Notes under the pieces: model-generated | The model's input: only the letters and a program-made list of their open reading frames with translations | The model's database searches: none | What the model was told of the DNA's origin: nothing | From: Methylobacillus sp. | GTDB taxonomy: Bacteria; Pseudomonadota; Gammaproteobacteria; Burkholderiales; Methylophilaceae | Direction: 5' to 3' | DNA length: 24,000 nt | Assembly (NCBI GenBank): GCA_031277395.1 | Contig: JAITML010000038.1 | Span: 36,171-60,170 of the forward strand | Position numbers and translations under genes: made by a program | Part shown: positions 9,107 through 17,701 of the stretch, piece after piece | How positions within the stretch are numbered: the stretch's first letter is position 1 | Layout: each line of letters begins with the position of its first letter

Positions 9107-9463
9107 TTAAACCGTCTTGCCGCGATAGATCACCATCGAAGCACCCTGCGACTGCGCGTCATTATCGTAGCCGATGAGACGCACATGGTTGTTCGGATTG
9201 GCTTTGTGGCAGGCTTCCGCTTCGGCAAGGATGCGGTCAACATCGGTCTCGCCGAACATCGGCAACTTCCACATATACCAATACGAATCCATGAGATATT
9301 GTGGCTCGATGTGCTCGATGGCCGGGTTCCAGCCTCTGGAGACAAGATATTTGATCTGCTCGCGGATATCTTTCTCACCCATCGCCGGCAGATAGGAGAA
9401 GGTTTCAAACTTGCGGCTGGCGGGGTCGCTCAGGCGCGACTTGTAATCCATTACTTCGCTCAT
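9107..9463 (-). CDS. cbbS: Ribulose-bisphosphate carboxylase small subunit
   Basis: 118 aa: '[37 protein letters not shown]...[14 protein letters not shown]'. Confidence 0.97.
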   Translation of the reverse strand: MSEVMDYKSRLSDPASRKFETFSYLPAMGEKDIREQIKYLVSRGWNPAIEHIEPQYLMDSYWYMWKLPMFGETDVDRILAEAEACHKANPNNHVRLIGYDNDAQSQGASMVIYRGKTV

Positions 9464-9491
9464 TGCATTTCCTTTCAGTATTCATTCATGC

Positions 9492-10913
9492 TTACTTGTG
9501 GGCGACATCCAGCTTGTCCACCGTATCGAATTCGAACTTGATTTCCTTCCATGTTTCCATGGCGATCTTGAGTTCGGGGCTGCTCTTCGCGGCTTCGGTC
9601 AACACGGCGCGGCCCTCTTTCTCAACCGCGACACCCTTGTTGCGCGCTTCCACACAAGCTTCGAGCGCCACGCGGTTGGCTGCGGCACCGGCTGCATTAC
9701 CCCACGGGTGACCCAATGTTCCGCCGCCGAATTGCAGCACGGAGTTGTCGCCGAAGATGGTGACCAGCGCGGGCATGTGCCACACGTGGATACCGCCGGA
9801 AGCCACCGGGAACAGACCCGGCATCGCGCCCCAATCCTGATCGAAGAAGATGCCGCGGCTGCGGTCTTCCTTGACGTAGCTGTCGCGCATAAGGTCGATC
9901 CAGCCCAGCGTCGCGGCGCGGTCGCCTTCCAGCTTGCCGACCACGGTACCGGAATGCAGATGGTCGCCGCCGGACAAACGCAGCACCTTGGTCAACAAGC
10001 GGAAATGTATCCCGTGGTGCGGATTGCGGTCGAGCACGGCGTGCATCGCGCGGTGGATGTGCAGCAACATGCCGTTGTCGCGACACCAGTTGGCGAGGCC
10101 GGTATTGGCCGTCAAACCGCCGGTGAGGTAATCGTGCATGATGATGGGCGCGCCTATGGATTTGGCAAACTCGGCGCGCTTGTACATTTCTTCCGGTGTC
10201 GGCGCGGTCACGTTGAGATAGTGTCCCTTGCGTTCGCCGGTTTCGCGTTGCGCCTTGAGCGTCGCTTCCTGCACAAACTCGAAACGGTCACGCCAGCGCA
10301 TGAAGGGCTGACTGTTGACGTTTTCATCGTCCTTGGTGAAATCCAGACCGCCGCGCAGACATTCATACACCGCGCGGCCATAGTTTTTGGCAGACAAACC
10401 AAGCTTGGGTTTGATCGTGCAACCGAGCAGCGGACGGCCATACTTGTTCATCTTGTCGCGCTCGACCTGGATGCCGTTGGGCGGTCCGCCGCAGGTCATC
10501 ACATAGGCAATCGGGAAGCGCACATCTTCGAGGCGCAGCGAACGCAACGCCTTGAAACCGAATACGTTGCCGACCAGCGAAGTCAGCACATTGACGACCG
10601 AGCCTTCCTCGAACAAATCAATCGGATACGCAACAAATGCGTAGAAAGAGGTATCGTCGCCCGGCACGTCTTCGATTCTGTAAGCGCGACCCTTGTAGTA
10701 GTCGAGATCGGTCAAAAGATCGGTCCACACCGTGGTCCAGGTGCCGGTGGAAGATTCGGCGGCCACGGCGGCAGCCACTTCTTCGCGATCCACGCCGGGC
10801 TGCGGCACGACCTTGAAACAGGCCAGAAGATCCGTGTCTTTGGGAGTGTAATGCGGCTCCCAGTAAGTTTGCCGGTATTCCTTCACCCCGGCGCTGTAGG
10901 TTTTGACTGCCAT
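9492..10913 (-). CDS. cbbL: Ribulose-bisphosphate carboxylase large subunit, Form I (IA-like)
   Basis: 473 aa with active-site '[24 protein letters not shown]', '[26 protein letters not shown]' and '[36 protein letters not shown]'. Confidence 0.98.
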   Translation of the reverse strand: MAVKTYSAGVKEYRQTYWEPHYTPKDTDLLACFKVVPQPGVDREEVAAAVAAESSTGTWTTVWTDLLTDLDYYKGRAYRIEDVPGDDTSFYAFVAYPIDLFEEGSVVNVLTSLVGNVFGFKALRSLRLEDVRFPIAYVMTCGGPPNGIQVERDKMNKYGRPLLGCTIKPKLGLSAKNYGRAVYECLRGGLDFTKDDENVNSQPFMRWRDRFEFVQEATLKAQRETGERKGHYLNVTAPTPEEMYKRAEFAKSIGAPIIMHDYLTGGLTANTGLANWCRDNGMLLHIHRAMHAVLDRNPHHGIHFRLLTKVLRLSGGDHLHSGTVVGKLEGDRAATLGWIDLMRDSYVKEDRSRGIFFDQDWGAMPGLFPVASGGIHVWHMPALVTIFGDNSVLQFGGGTLGHPWGNAAGAAANRVALEACVEARNKGVAVEKEGRAVLTEAAKSSPELKIAMETWKEIKFEFDTVDKLDVAHK

Positions 10914-11004
10914 AGTCTTTACTCCTCAAGTTGACGAATTCGAGAGTGCCGCCGCCCAATGGCAACGACATGAAACACATTATGGGAGCGATTTATGGTT
11001 TATG

Positions 11005-11038
11005 ATAGTTAAATCAAATTACTGTTATGTTTAACTAT
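11005..11038. promoter_or_regulatory. Candidate operator in the divergent cbbL/cbbR intergenic region
   Basis: Perfect 9-bp inverted repeat ATAGTTAAA (11005-11013) / TTTAACTAT (11030-11038) with a 16-nt spacer. TTA-N7-TTA (11009-11021) fits the TNA-N7-TNA style CbbR half-site spacing. Confidence 0.55.
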
Positions 11039-11053
11039 TATTAAAGGAAAACC

Positions 11054-11977
11054 ATGCGTATCCGACACGCCACACTCAACCAGTTCCGGATTTTCGACGC
11101 TGTCGCGCGCAACATGAGCTTCGCGCGCGCCGCCGAAGAGCTACACCTTACGCCGCCCGCGCTTTCCATTCAAGTCAAACAACTCGCGGATGCGGCCGAT
11201 GCAACGCTATACGAACAGATCGGCAAGAAAATTCATCTCACCGCCGCCGGTCGTGTCGTCGCCGAAGCCTGCCGCGACATCGACATGCGACTGGAGCGAT
11301 TGTCGCAGGATTTGAATGCGTTGCAAGGCCTGCAAAAAGGCACGCTGAAACTGGCCATCCTGACTACTGCGGAATATTTCGCACCGCGTGTACTCGGCGA
11401 ATTCTGTGCACGTCATCCTGGCATTGAAGCCTCGATGTTCGTCGGCAATCGCGAAACCCTGCTCGAACGCATGGCGCGAAATCTCGACGATCTCTACATC
11501 TTCGGCCAGCCTCCCGCCAACCTCAACATCGTCGCCGAAAGTTTCGCCTACAACCCGCTGGTTGTCGTCGCGCGCAGCGACCATCCGCTGGCCGGGGAAA
11601 GCGATATCGCCCCCGCGCGGCTCGATGGTCTGCCGTTCCTGCTGCGCGAATCCGGCTCGGGCATACGTCTCGCCACCGAGGATTTCATGCGCAAGCATCG
11701 CGTACAGATCGAAACGCGCATGGAAGTCGGCAGCAACGAAGCAATCAAACAGGCGGTGAAAGGCGGGTTGGGTCTTGCCGTGCTGTCATTCGCAAGCGTC
11801 GCGGCGGAAGTGGAGCGCGGTGAACTCGCGACATTGAATGTACAGGGTTTCCCGCTCATGCGGCGCTGGCATGTAACCTGGCCTGCCGGAAAAAATCTGT
11901 CACACGCAGCGGAAGAATTCCGCAAATCGCTGTTCGACGGCTCCATCGTGCAATACGGGCTTGTGCCTGCAAAATAA
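11054..11977 (+). CDS. cbbR: LysR-type transcriptional regulator CbbR
   Basis: 307 aa. N-terminal LysR HTH 'LNQFRIFDAVARNMSFARAAEELHLTPPALSIQVKQLAD', divergent from cbbL. Confidence 0.92.
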   Translation: MRIRHATLNQFRIFDAVARNMSFARAAEELHLTPPALSIQVKQLADAADATLYEQIGKKIHLTAAGRVVAEACRDIDMRLERLSQDLNALQGLQKGTLKLAILTTAEYFAPRVLGEFCARHPGIEASMFVGNRETLLERMARNLDDLYIFGQPPANLNIVAESFAYNPLVVVARSDHPLAGESDIAPARLDGLPFLLRESGSGIRLATEDFMRKHRVQIETRMEVGSNEAIKQAVKGGLGLAVLSFASVAAEVERGELATLNVQGFPLMRRWHVTWPAGKNLSHAAEEFRKSLFDGSIVQYGLVPAK

Positions 11978-12058
11978 ACCGGAGATCAAGGGCTGAAAAA
12001 ATCGCTCCAATTGTTTCGTCGCGCTGGACAAATTCTTCCGACTTGGAGAAACTTCAGC

Positions 12059-13492
12059 ATGCGTTTCTTTTCGGTGATCCTGATTTTCCTGCTTGTTCTT
12101 GCCGGTTGCCAGAAACCTGTAAAGCCGCTTCCTCCCGTCAGGGAGAGCTTGCAGCTCAATGTGGTGACGGTGAACGGGCCGGCGACTTATTATGTTACCG
12201 GGCCGAATGAATATGCGGGATTTGAGTATGACCTTGCCAAGCTGTTCGCGCGGCATTTGAGCGCGGAGCTGGGGAAAGAGGTCAAGCTCAATATCGTGTT
12301 GGTCGATAATGTTTCCCAGGTAATTCCGGCATTGATGAAGGGTCGCGCAGCGCTTGCAGCGGCGAATTTGACCGTGACGCGCGAGCGGCAGCATCTTGTG
12401 CATTTCGGGCCGACGTATCAGACGGTGCAGCAGCAGGTGGTTTACAACAAGGAAACCCGCAAGGCGCCGAAAAAAATTTCCGATCTTGCGAATGCCCGCA
12501 TTGCGATTCCTGCAGCGACAAGTTATGTCGATCGGCTGAGTGAATTGGCAGCGAACGTACCGGGATTGACCTGGACGGAAGACCCGCTTTCCAACAGCGA
12601 TGAATTATTGGAGCGCGTGGCGGAAGGCTCGCTGGATTTCACAATCGCCGATTCGCATTTGGTGGCGATGGAGCGGAATTATTACCCCAATCTCGGCGCG
12701 GGGCTCAATCTCGGCGCAGCGGATGATCTGGCGTGGGCATTCCGCAAGAATGGCGATGAGTGGTTGTATCAGCAGTCGCTGAAATTTTTTGCGCGCATCA
12801 AGCAGGATGGCACTTTGCGCTCATTGATCGACCGTTATTACGGTCACTCGGAGCGGGTCAAGCCGACCGATGTAACGGGCTTTCTGGTCAGAATGAAAAC
12901 CGTGTTGCCGAAATATACCGGCCTTTTCAAACAGGCGGAGGGATTGACCGGCATTGATTGGCGACTGCTTGCAGCGATCAGTTATCAGGAATCGCACTGG
13001 GATCCATTCGCCACGTCACCGACCAATGTACGCGGCATGATGATGCTGACCGAAGACACCGCCGACCGCATGGGCGTGACGGACAGACTGGATCCCAGGC
13101 AGAGCATCATGGCAGGCGCGCGTTATGTCATCGTGCTGCGGGAAACAATCCCCGAGCGCGTACCGGAACCGGATCGCACCTGGCTCGCGCTGGCCGCTTA
13201 CAATATTGGCTACGCGCATCTGGAAGACGCGCGCAAACTCGCGCAGCGTCACAAGCTCAACCCCGATGCGTGGGCGGATGTGAAAAAAACATTGCCGCTG
13301 TTGACGCAGGAGCAATATTTCTCCAACACGCAATATGGCTATGCGCGAGGCGGCGCGCCGGTGCATTTTGTTGAGTCAATTCGCACTTATTACCGTATCC
13401 TTGAAAAATACGAGCCGAATCGCGCGCCCCTGCTGCCTGGTTTCGATCTGGTGAGCGCGGATTTTAAACGAGCCGCCGAGTTGCGCCCATAA
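12059..13492 (+). CDS. mltF: Membrane-bound lytic murein transglycosylase F
   Basis: Lipobox 'MRFFSVILIFLLVLAGCQKP', SBP_bac_3-like domain, C-terminal SLT domain 'LLAAISYQESHWDPFATSPTNVRGMMMLT...ALAAYNIGYAHLEDAR'. The track ORF starts at 12011. Confidence 0.93.
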   Translation: MRFFSVILIFLLVLAGCQKPVKPLPPVRESLQLNVVTVNGPATYYVTGPNEYAGFEYDLAKLFARHLSAELGKEVKLNIVLVDNVSQVIPALMKGRAALAAANLTVTRERQHLVHFGPTYQTVQQQVVYNKETRKAPKKISDLANARIAIPAATSYVDRLSELAANVPGLTWTEDPLSNSDELLERVAEGSLDFTIADSHLVAMERNYYPNLGAGLNLGAADDLAWAFRKNGDEWLYQQSLKFFARIKQDGTLRSLIDRYYGHSERVKPTDVTGFLVRMKTVLPKYTGLFKQAEGLTGIDWRLLAAISYQESHWDPFATSPTNVRGMMMLTEDTADRMGVTDRLDPRQSIMAGARYVIVLRETIPERVPEPDRTWLALAAYNIGYAHLEDARKLAQRHKLNPDAWADVKKTLPLLTQEQYFSNTQYGYARGGAPVHFVESIRTYYRILEKYEPNRAPLLPGFDLVSADFKRAAELRP

Positions 13493-13518
13493 AACTTTAA
13501 GGATTTGGAAAACTTGCA

Positions 13519-15210
13519 ATGCCGCATGAAGTCAGCCTGATTACGACAACAGCCGCCGCCTTCGGACTCGCGATGGTGCTGGGTTTCATCGCCTCCAAAC
13601 TCAAGATACCGCCGCTGGTCGGCTACCTGATCGCAGGCGTCATCATCGGCCCCGCCACACCGGGGTTTGATGCCGACGTCGAAATCGCGGCACAGCTCGC
13701 GGATATCGGCATCATGCTGCTGATGTTCGGCGTCGGGCTGCACTTTTCTCTGGAAGAACTGCTCTCGGTCAAACGCATCGCAATACCGGGGGCGATCATG
13801 CAGATCATCTTCACCTCATCGGTGGGCACGGGCATGGGGCTTTTCTGGGGCTGGGGCATAGGCACCGCGCTGGTATTTGGAATCTCACTGTCGTGCGCGA
13901 GTACGGTGGTGGTACTGCGCGCGCTCGAAGCGCGCGGAATGCTGGCGACCATCAACGGGCATATCGCGGCCGGCTGGCTCGTGGTCGAAGATATTGTGAT
14001 GGTGCTGGTAATGGTGCTGCTGCCCGCCTTCTCCAGCTTGCTGGGCGGTATCGGGCACGGCCATGCCGATGCAAACCTGTGGACTACGCTGGGCATCACG
14101 CTATTCAAGGTGGCTGCTTTTATCATATTGATGCTGGTCGTCGGACGTCGGCTGTTTCCCAAGCTGCTGTGGCAAATGGCTCGCACCGGCTCGCGCGAAC
14201 TGTTCACGCTGTGCGTGATCGCAGCGGCCATCGGTGTCGCCTACGGCTCATCCAAGCTGTTCGGCGTTTCATTCGCGCTCGGCGCTTTTTTCGCAGGCAT
14301 GATGATGCGCGAATCCGAGTTCAGCCATCGCGCCGCAGAAGAATCACTGCCGTTGCGCGACGCATTTTCCGTGCTGTTCTTCGTTTCCGTCGGCATGCTG
14401 TTCGATCCCAATGTGCTGCTGGAACATCCGTGGCAGGCCCTCACCGTCGCCGCCATCATCATGTTCGGCAAATCACTCGCGGGCGCGACTCTGGTGCTGC
14501 TATTCCGTTATCCGCTCAATACCGCGCTCACAGTGGGCTCCAGCCTCGCGCAGATCGGGGAATTCTCGTTCATTCTCGCGGGAGTCGGCATGAGTTTGCA
14601 CCTGCTGAGCGCGGAACATCAAAACCTGATCCTCGCGGGCGCGCTCATCTCGATCTCGCTGAACTCCTTCGTATTCACCATGATAGAACCGCTTCAGGCA
14701 TGGATACGCACCAAATCCGCCCTGGCCCGCAAACTGGAAATGCGTGATGACCCGCTCGCGCAACTGCCGATGTCCACCGACCAGAACCTGCTCACCGGGC
14801 AGGTGGTGCTCGTAGGTTACGGTCGCGTCGGCAAACGCATCACGGAAGCGCTCAATGAACGCGGCATTCCCTACGTTGTGGCCGAGCAGAACCGGGGCAT
14901 AGTGGAAACGCTGCGCGTGCATGATATTCCGGCGGTATCGGGCGACGCCTCCGACCCGGAGGTTTTGATTCAGGCTCATATCCATCGCGCGGGCATGCTG
15001 GTCATCGCGACACCTGACAGCTTCGCGGCGCGCAAAATGGTGGAAACCGCGCGCCTGCTCAATCCCAATATTGAAGTCGTGGTGCGCACGCATAGTGACG
15101 AGGAAGCCGAACTGCTCGAAAAAGAAGGCATAGGCAAGATATTCATGGGCGAACACGAACTCGCGCGCGGTATGAGCCAGCATATTCTGAGCCGCATGAA
15201 AGCGACATAA
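13519..15210 (+). CDS. ybaL: CPA2 family monovalent cation:proton antiporter, YbaL/RosB type, with C-terminal TrkA-N (RCK) domain
   Basis: 'IPPLVGYLIAGVIIGPATPGFDAD...LADIGIMLLMFGVGLHFSLEELLSVKRIAIPGAI' and NAD-binding 'VVLVGYGRVGKRITEAL'. Confidence 0.9.
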   Translation: MPHEVSLITTTAAAFGLAMVLGFIASKLKIPPLVGYLIAGVIIGPATPGFDADVEIAAQLADIGIMLLMFGVGLHFSLEELLSVKRIAIPGAIMQIIFTSSVGTGMGLFWGWGIGTALVFGISLSCASTVVVLRALEARGMLATINGHIAAGWLVVEDIVMVLVMVLLPAFSSLLGGIGHGHADANLWTTLGITLFKVAAFIILMLVVGRRLFPKLLWQMARTGSRELFTLCVIAAAIGVAYGSSKLFGVSFALGAFFAGMMMRESEFSHRAAEESLPLRDAFSVLFFVSVGMLFDPNVLLEHPWQALTVAAIIMFGKSLAGATLVLLFRYPLNTALTVGSSLAQIGEFSFILAGVGMSLHLLSAEHQNLILAGALISISLNSFVFTMIEPLQAWIRTKSALARKLEMRDDPLAQLPMSTDQNLLTGQVVLVGYGRVGKRITEALNERGIPYVVAEQNRGIVETLRVHDIPAVSGDASDPEVLIQAHIHRAGMLVIATPDSFAARKMVETARLLNPNIEVVVRTHSDEEAELLEKEGIGKIFMGEHELARGMSQHILSRMKAT

Positions 15211-15248
15211 ACGCGTCATCGCCAATAACAGAAAAGGAGCGCCATGAA

Positions 15249-16136
15249 ATGAGTACATTCAAGCAACTGCTGGCACCCACGGATTTCTCCGAATACGCCA
15301 TGATGGCCGTCCGCCGGGCAGCAATGATTGCCGTGCAGCAGCAGGCAAAACTGGATCTGATGCACGTGCTGAGTAGCGGCACGCTGAAGTCATTGCAGGA
15401 ATTCGAATTCCTCAACATCAGCCAGGAGAGCGAAGCGCAACAGCTTGCCGAGGCGGAACACCAGCTCGCTGCGCTGGCCGCAGACATCAAGCGCGAAACC
15501 GGGATCACACCCGCGACCCAAATCAAGGCCGGCAACGTGCTCGATGAAGTGATCGCGGCGATGAAAGCCGCTGATATGCTCGTGCTTGGCGCGCGTGGCA
15601 CCAGCCCTCTGCGCGATCTGCTGGTCGGCTCAATGGCCATGCGCCTGCTGGGCAAATGCAACCTGCCGGTGCTGGTCGTCAATGGCGCACCAACGCAGAT
15701 TTACCGGCGCGTCCTCGTGCCCGTAGATTTTTTTCCGCACTCGCGCGAGGCACTGAAACTCGCATTGCAGATCGCGCCCGACGCGGACATTACCGTAATC
15801 AACGCTTTCCAGGTTCCATTCAAGGGAAAACTCGCCCTCTCCGGCGCGGCAAAAGAACAATTGCAGCGTTATCGCACCCAAGCCCAGCAATTGGCATCGC
15901 AAAATATCCAGGAACTGATACAAGAAGTCGCCGGAGAATCACACCAGATCAAACATGCAGTCAAACAAGCCGACCCCGCAGTTTTCATACTGGAACAAGC
16001 GACGGAACTGGAAGCCGATCTCATCGTCATCGGCAAACGCGGACAATCGCTCATGGAAGGCATGCTGCTCGGCAGCGTGACGCGACACATACTCGTCAAT
16101 GTCAAATGCGACGTGCTAGCCGTACATCCTGCGTAA
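15249..16136 (+). CDS. Universal stress protein, tandem UspA domains
   Basis: 'KQLLAPTDFSEYAMMAVRRA' plus two ATP-binding signatures 'GARGTSPLRDLLVGSMAMRLL' and 'GKRGQSLMEGMLLGSVTRHIL'. RBS AAAAGGAG. Confidence 0.93.
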   Translation: MSTFKQLLAPTDFSEYAMMAVRRAAMIAVQQQAKLDLMHVLSSGTLKSLQEFEFLNISQESEAQQLAEAEHQLAALAADIKRETGITPATQIKAGNVLDEVIAAMKAADMLVLGARGTSPLRDLLVGSMAMRLLGKCNLPVLVVNGAPTQIYRRVLVPVDFFPHSREALKLALQIAPDADITVINAFQVPFKGKLALSGAAKEQLQRYRTQAQQLASQNIQELIQEVAGESHQIKHAVKQADPAVFILEQATELEADLIVIGKRGQSLMEGMLLGSVTRHILVNVKCDVLAVHPA

Positions 16137-16393
16137 GATGGCAGGAAATAATGAAGAAGAAAGGCTCTCCACCGCATCATAGTTGCGCAACAACAAAGCC
16201 CTGATCCCTGTAATCCGGGTTCTGTTATTGACGCTCCAATTTTTTCACTCGATAATATTGGCCTGATTGTCGCTTTCGGTTGCGGGCTTTCCCACTCGCA
16301 ACTGCGCCGTCCGTCTGGTGAACGCGGTGTTGCGGCAGTCTGAGTTCCTCGATCCGCCTCCAGAAGTGGGTCAAGATTCGGGATGAATCCTTC

Positions 16394-17701
16394 ATGGATA
16401 ATTTTTCTCAGGCAGCTACCGTAGTTTCGGTAACCTGCCCTTGCTGCGGCTTGCTTTGCGACGATTTGACCGTCCAGCGTGATTCCGCAGGCCAACTCAC
16501 TGTCAAGGAAAATGGCTGCGCGCGCGCCGTGGCGTTTTTCGCGCGCGCCGTGGCTGCGTCCGAGCCACGTATCGCTGGCAAACCTGCGACTTTGCAGGAA
16601 GCAATAACCAAGGCTGCGCGGATTCTGGGCGATGCCAAACAGCCGCTGATTGCGGGTTTGGGTACCGATGTCGATGGCATGCGCGCAGTGATGAATCTCG
16701 CGGAAACAAACCGCACCACGCTTGACCATATGAATTCCAACGCTCTTTTCCGCAACATGCTCGTGTTGCAAAACTCGGGCTGGTTCAATACCACGCTGAC
16801 CGAGGTACGCAATCGCGTTGATCTGCTGCTGGTGGTCGGAACCGATGTGGTGAGCGTCAATCCGCGCTTTTTCGAACGTGAAATCTGGAACAAGGAAACG
16901 CTGTACAACCAGGACACCGCCAAGCGCGAAATTGTTTATCTCGGCGGGCGCGGACTGGATACTTCAACAGGCATCGCGCCGGATGGGCGCAAACCGGATG
17001 TAATCGAGTGCGACATGGATCGCTTGCCCGAAGTGGTCGGCGCATTGCGCGCGTTTGTACTTGGCAAGCCATTAATCGCAAATGAAATCGCCGGAGTTCC
17101 TGCCGCCACTTTGCAAAATCTCGCGCAGCGCTTGCTTGCCGCGAAATATTCCATCGTGACCTGGGCAGCCGGTGCGCTCGCCCTGCCCCATGCGGAATTG
17201 ACCGTGCAGCATCTGGCCGCACTGGTAATCGCGCTCAATAAAACCACACGTTCAGCGGGTTTGCCGCTCGGCGGCAGTGATGGCGACACGAGCGCGAATC
17301 AGGTCAGCGCGTGGATCAGTGGCTACCCGGTACGCAACTCCTATATGCGCAATATTCCCGATTACGATCCCTGGCTTTATTCCGCCGAACGCCAATTGCA
17401 AAATGGTGAGGCGGATGCCTTGTTATGGATTTCGTCGTTCAGTCCCGAGCGTGTACCGCCTGCAACGGATGCACCCACCGTGGTGTTTGGTGAGGCGCAC
17501 ATGAAATTCGACAAGGAGCCGGATGTGTTCATCCCTGTCGCAACGCCGGGCGTGGATTGCAAGGGCACGATGTTCCGTATTGATAACGTCGTCTCGCTGC
17601 CTTTGCAAAAATTGCGCGACAGCAAACTGCCCGCGCTGGCTGAGGTTTTGCGCGCGATTGAGCAGCAACTTGGTCAGGAACAAGGAGCCGCGATATGTTG
17701 A
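16394..17701 (+). CDS. fhcB: Formyltransferase/hydrolase complex subunit B (formylmethanofuran dehydrogenase subunit B-like)
   Basis: 'TCPCCGLLCDDLTVQ' N-terminus, FwdB-like MGD-fold region, immediately upstream of fhcA/D/C. Confidence 0.92.
   Translation: MDNFSQAATVVSVTCPCCGLLCDDLTVQRDSAGQLTVKENGCARAVAFFARAVAASEPRIAGKPATLQEAITKAARILGDAKQPLIAGLGTDVDGMRAVMNLAETNRTTLDHMNSNALFRNMLVLQNSGWFNTTLTEVRNRVDLLLVVGTDVVSVNPRFFEREIWNKETLYNQDTAKREIVYLGGRGLDTSTGIAPDGRKPDVIECDMDRLPEVVGALRAFVLGKPLIANEIAGVPAATLQNLAQRLLAAKYSIVTWAAGALALPHAELTVQHLAALVIALNKTTRSAGLPLGGSDGDTSANQVSAWISGYPVRNSYMRNIPDYDPWLYSAERQLQNGEADALLWISSFSPERVPPATDAPTVVFGEAHMKFDKEPDVFIPVATPGVDCKGTMFRIDNVVSLPLQKLRDSKLPALAEVLRAIEQQLGQEQGAAIC

Noticed and set aside
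9498-10934. 478-aa plus-strand ORF antisense to cbbL
   Set aside because: It is the complement of an unambiguous RuBisCO large-subunit gene. Long antisense frames are expected from GC-rich codon usage, and the His/Arg/Gln-rich translation looks non-coding.
15869-16771. 300-aa minus-strand ORF spanning the usp/fhcB intergenic region
   Set aside because: It is mostly antisense to the UspA protein and fhcB, and its translation resembles no known family.
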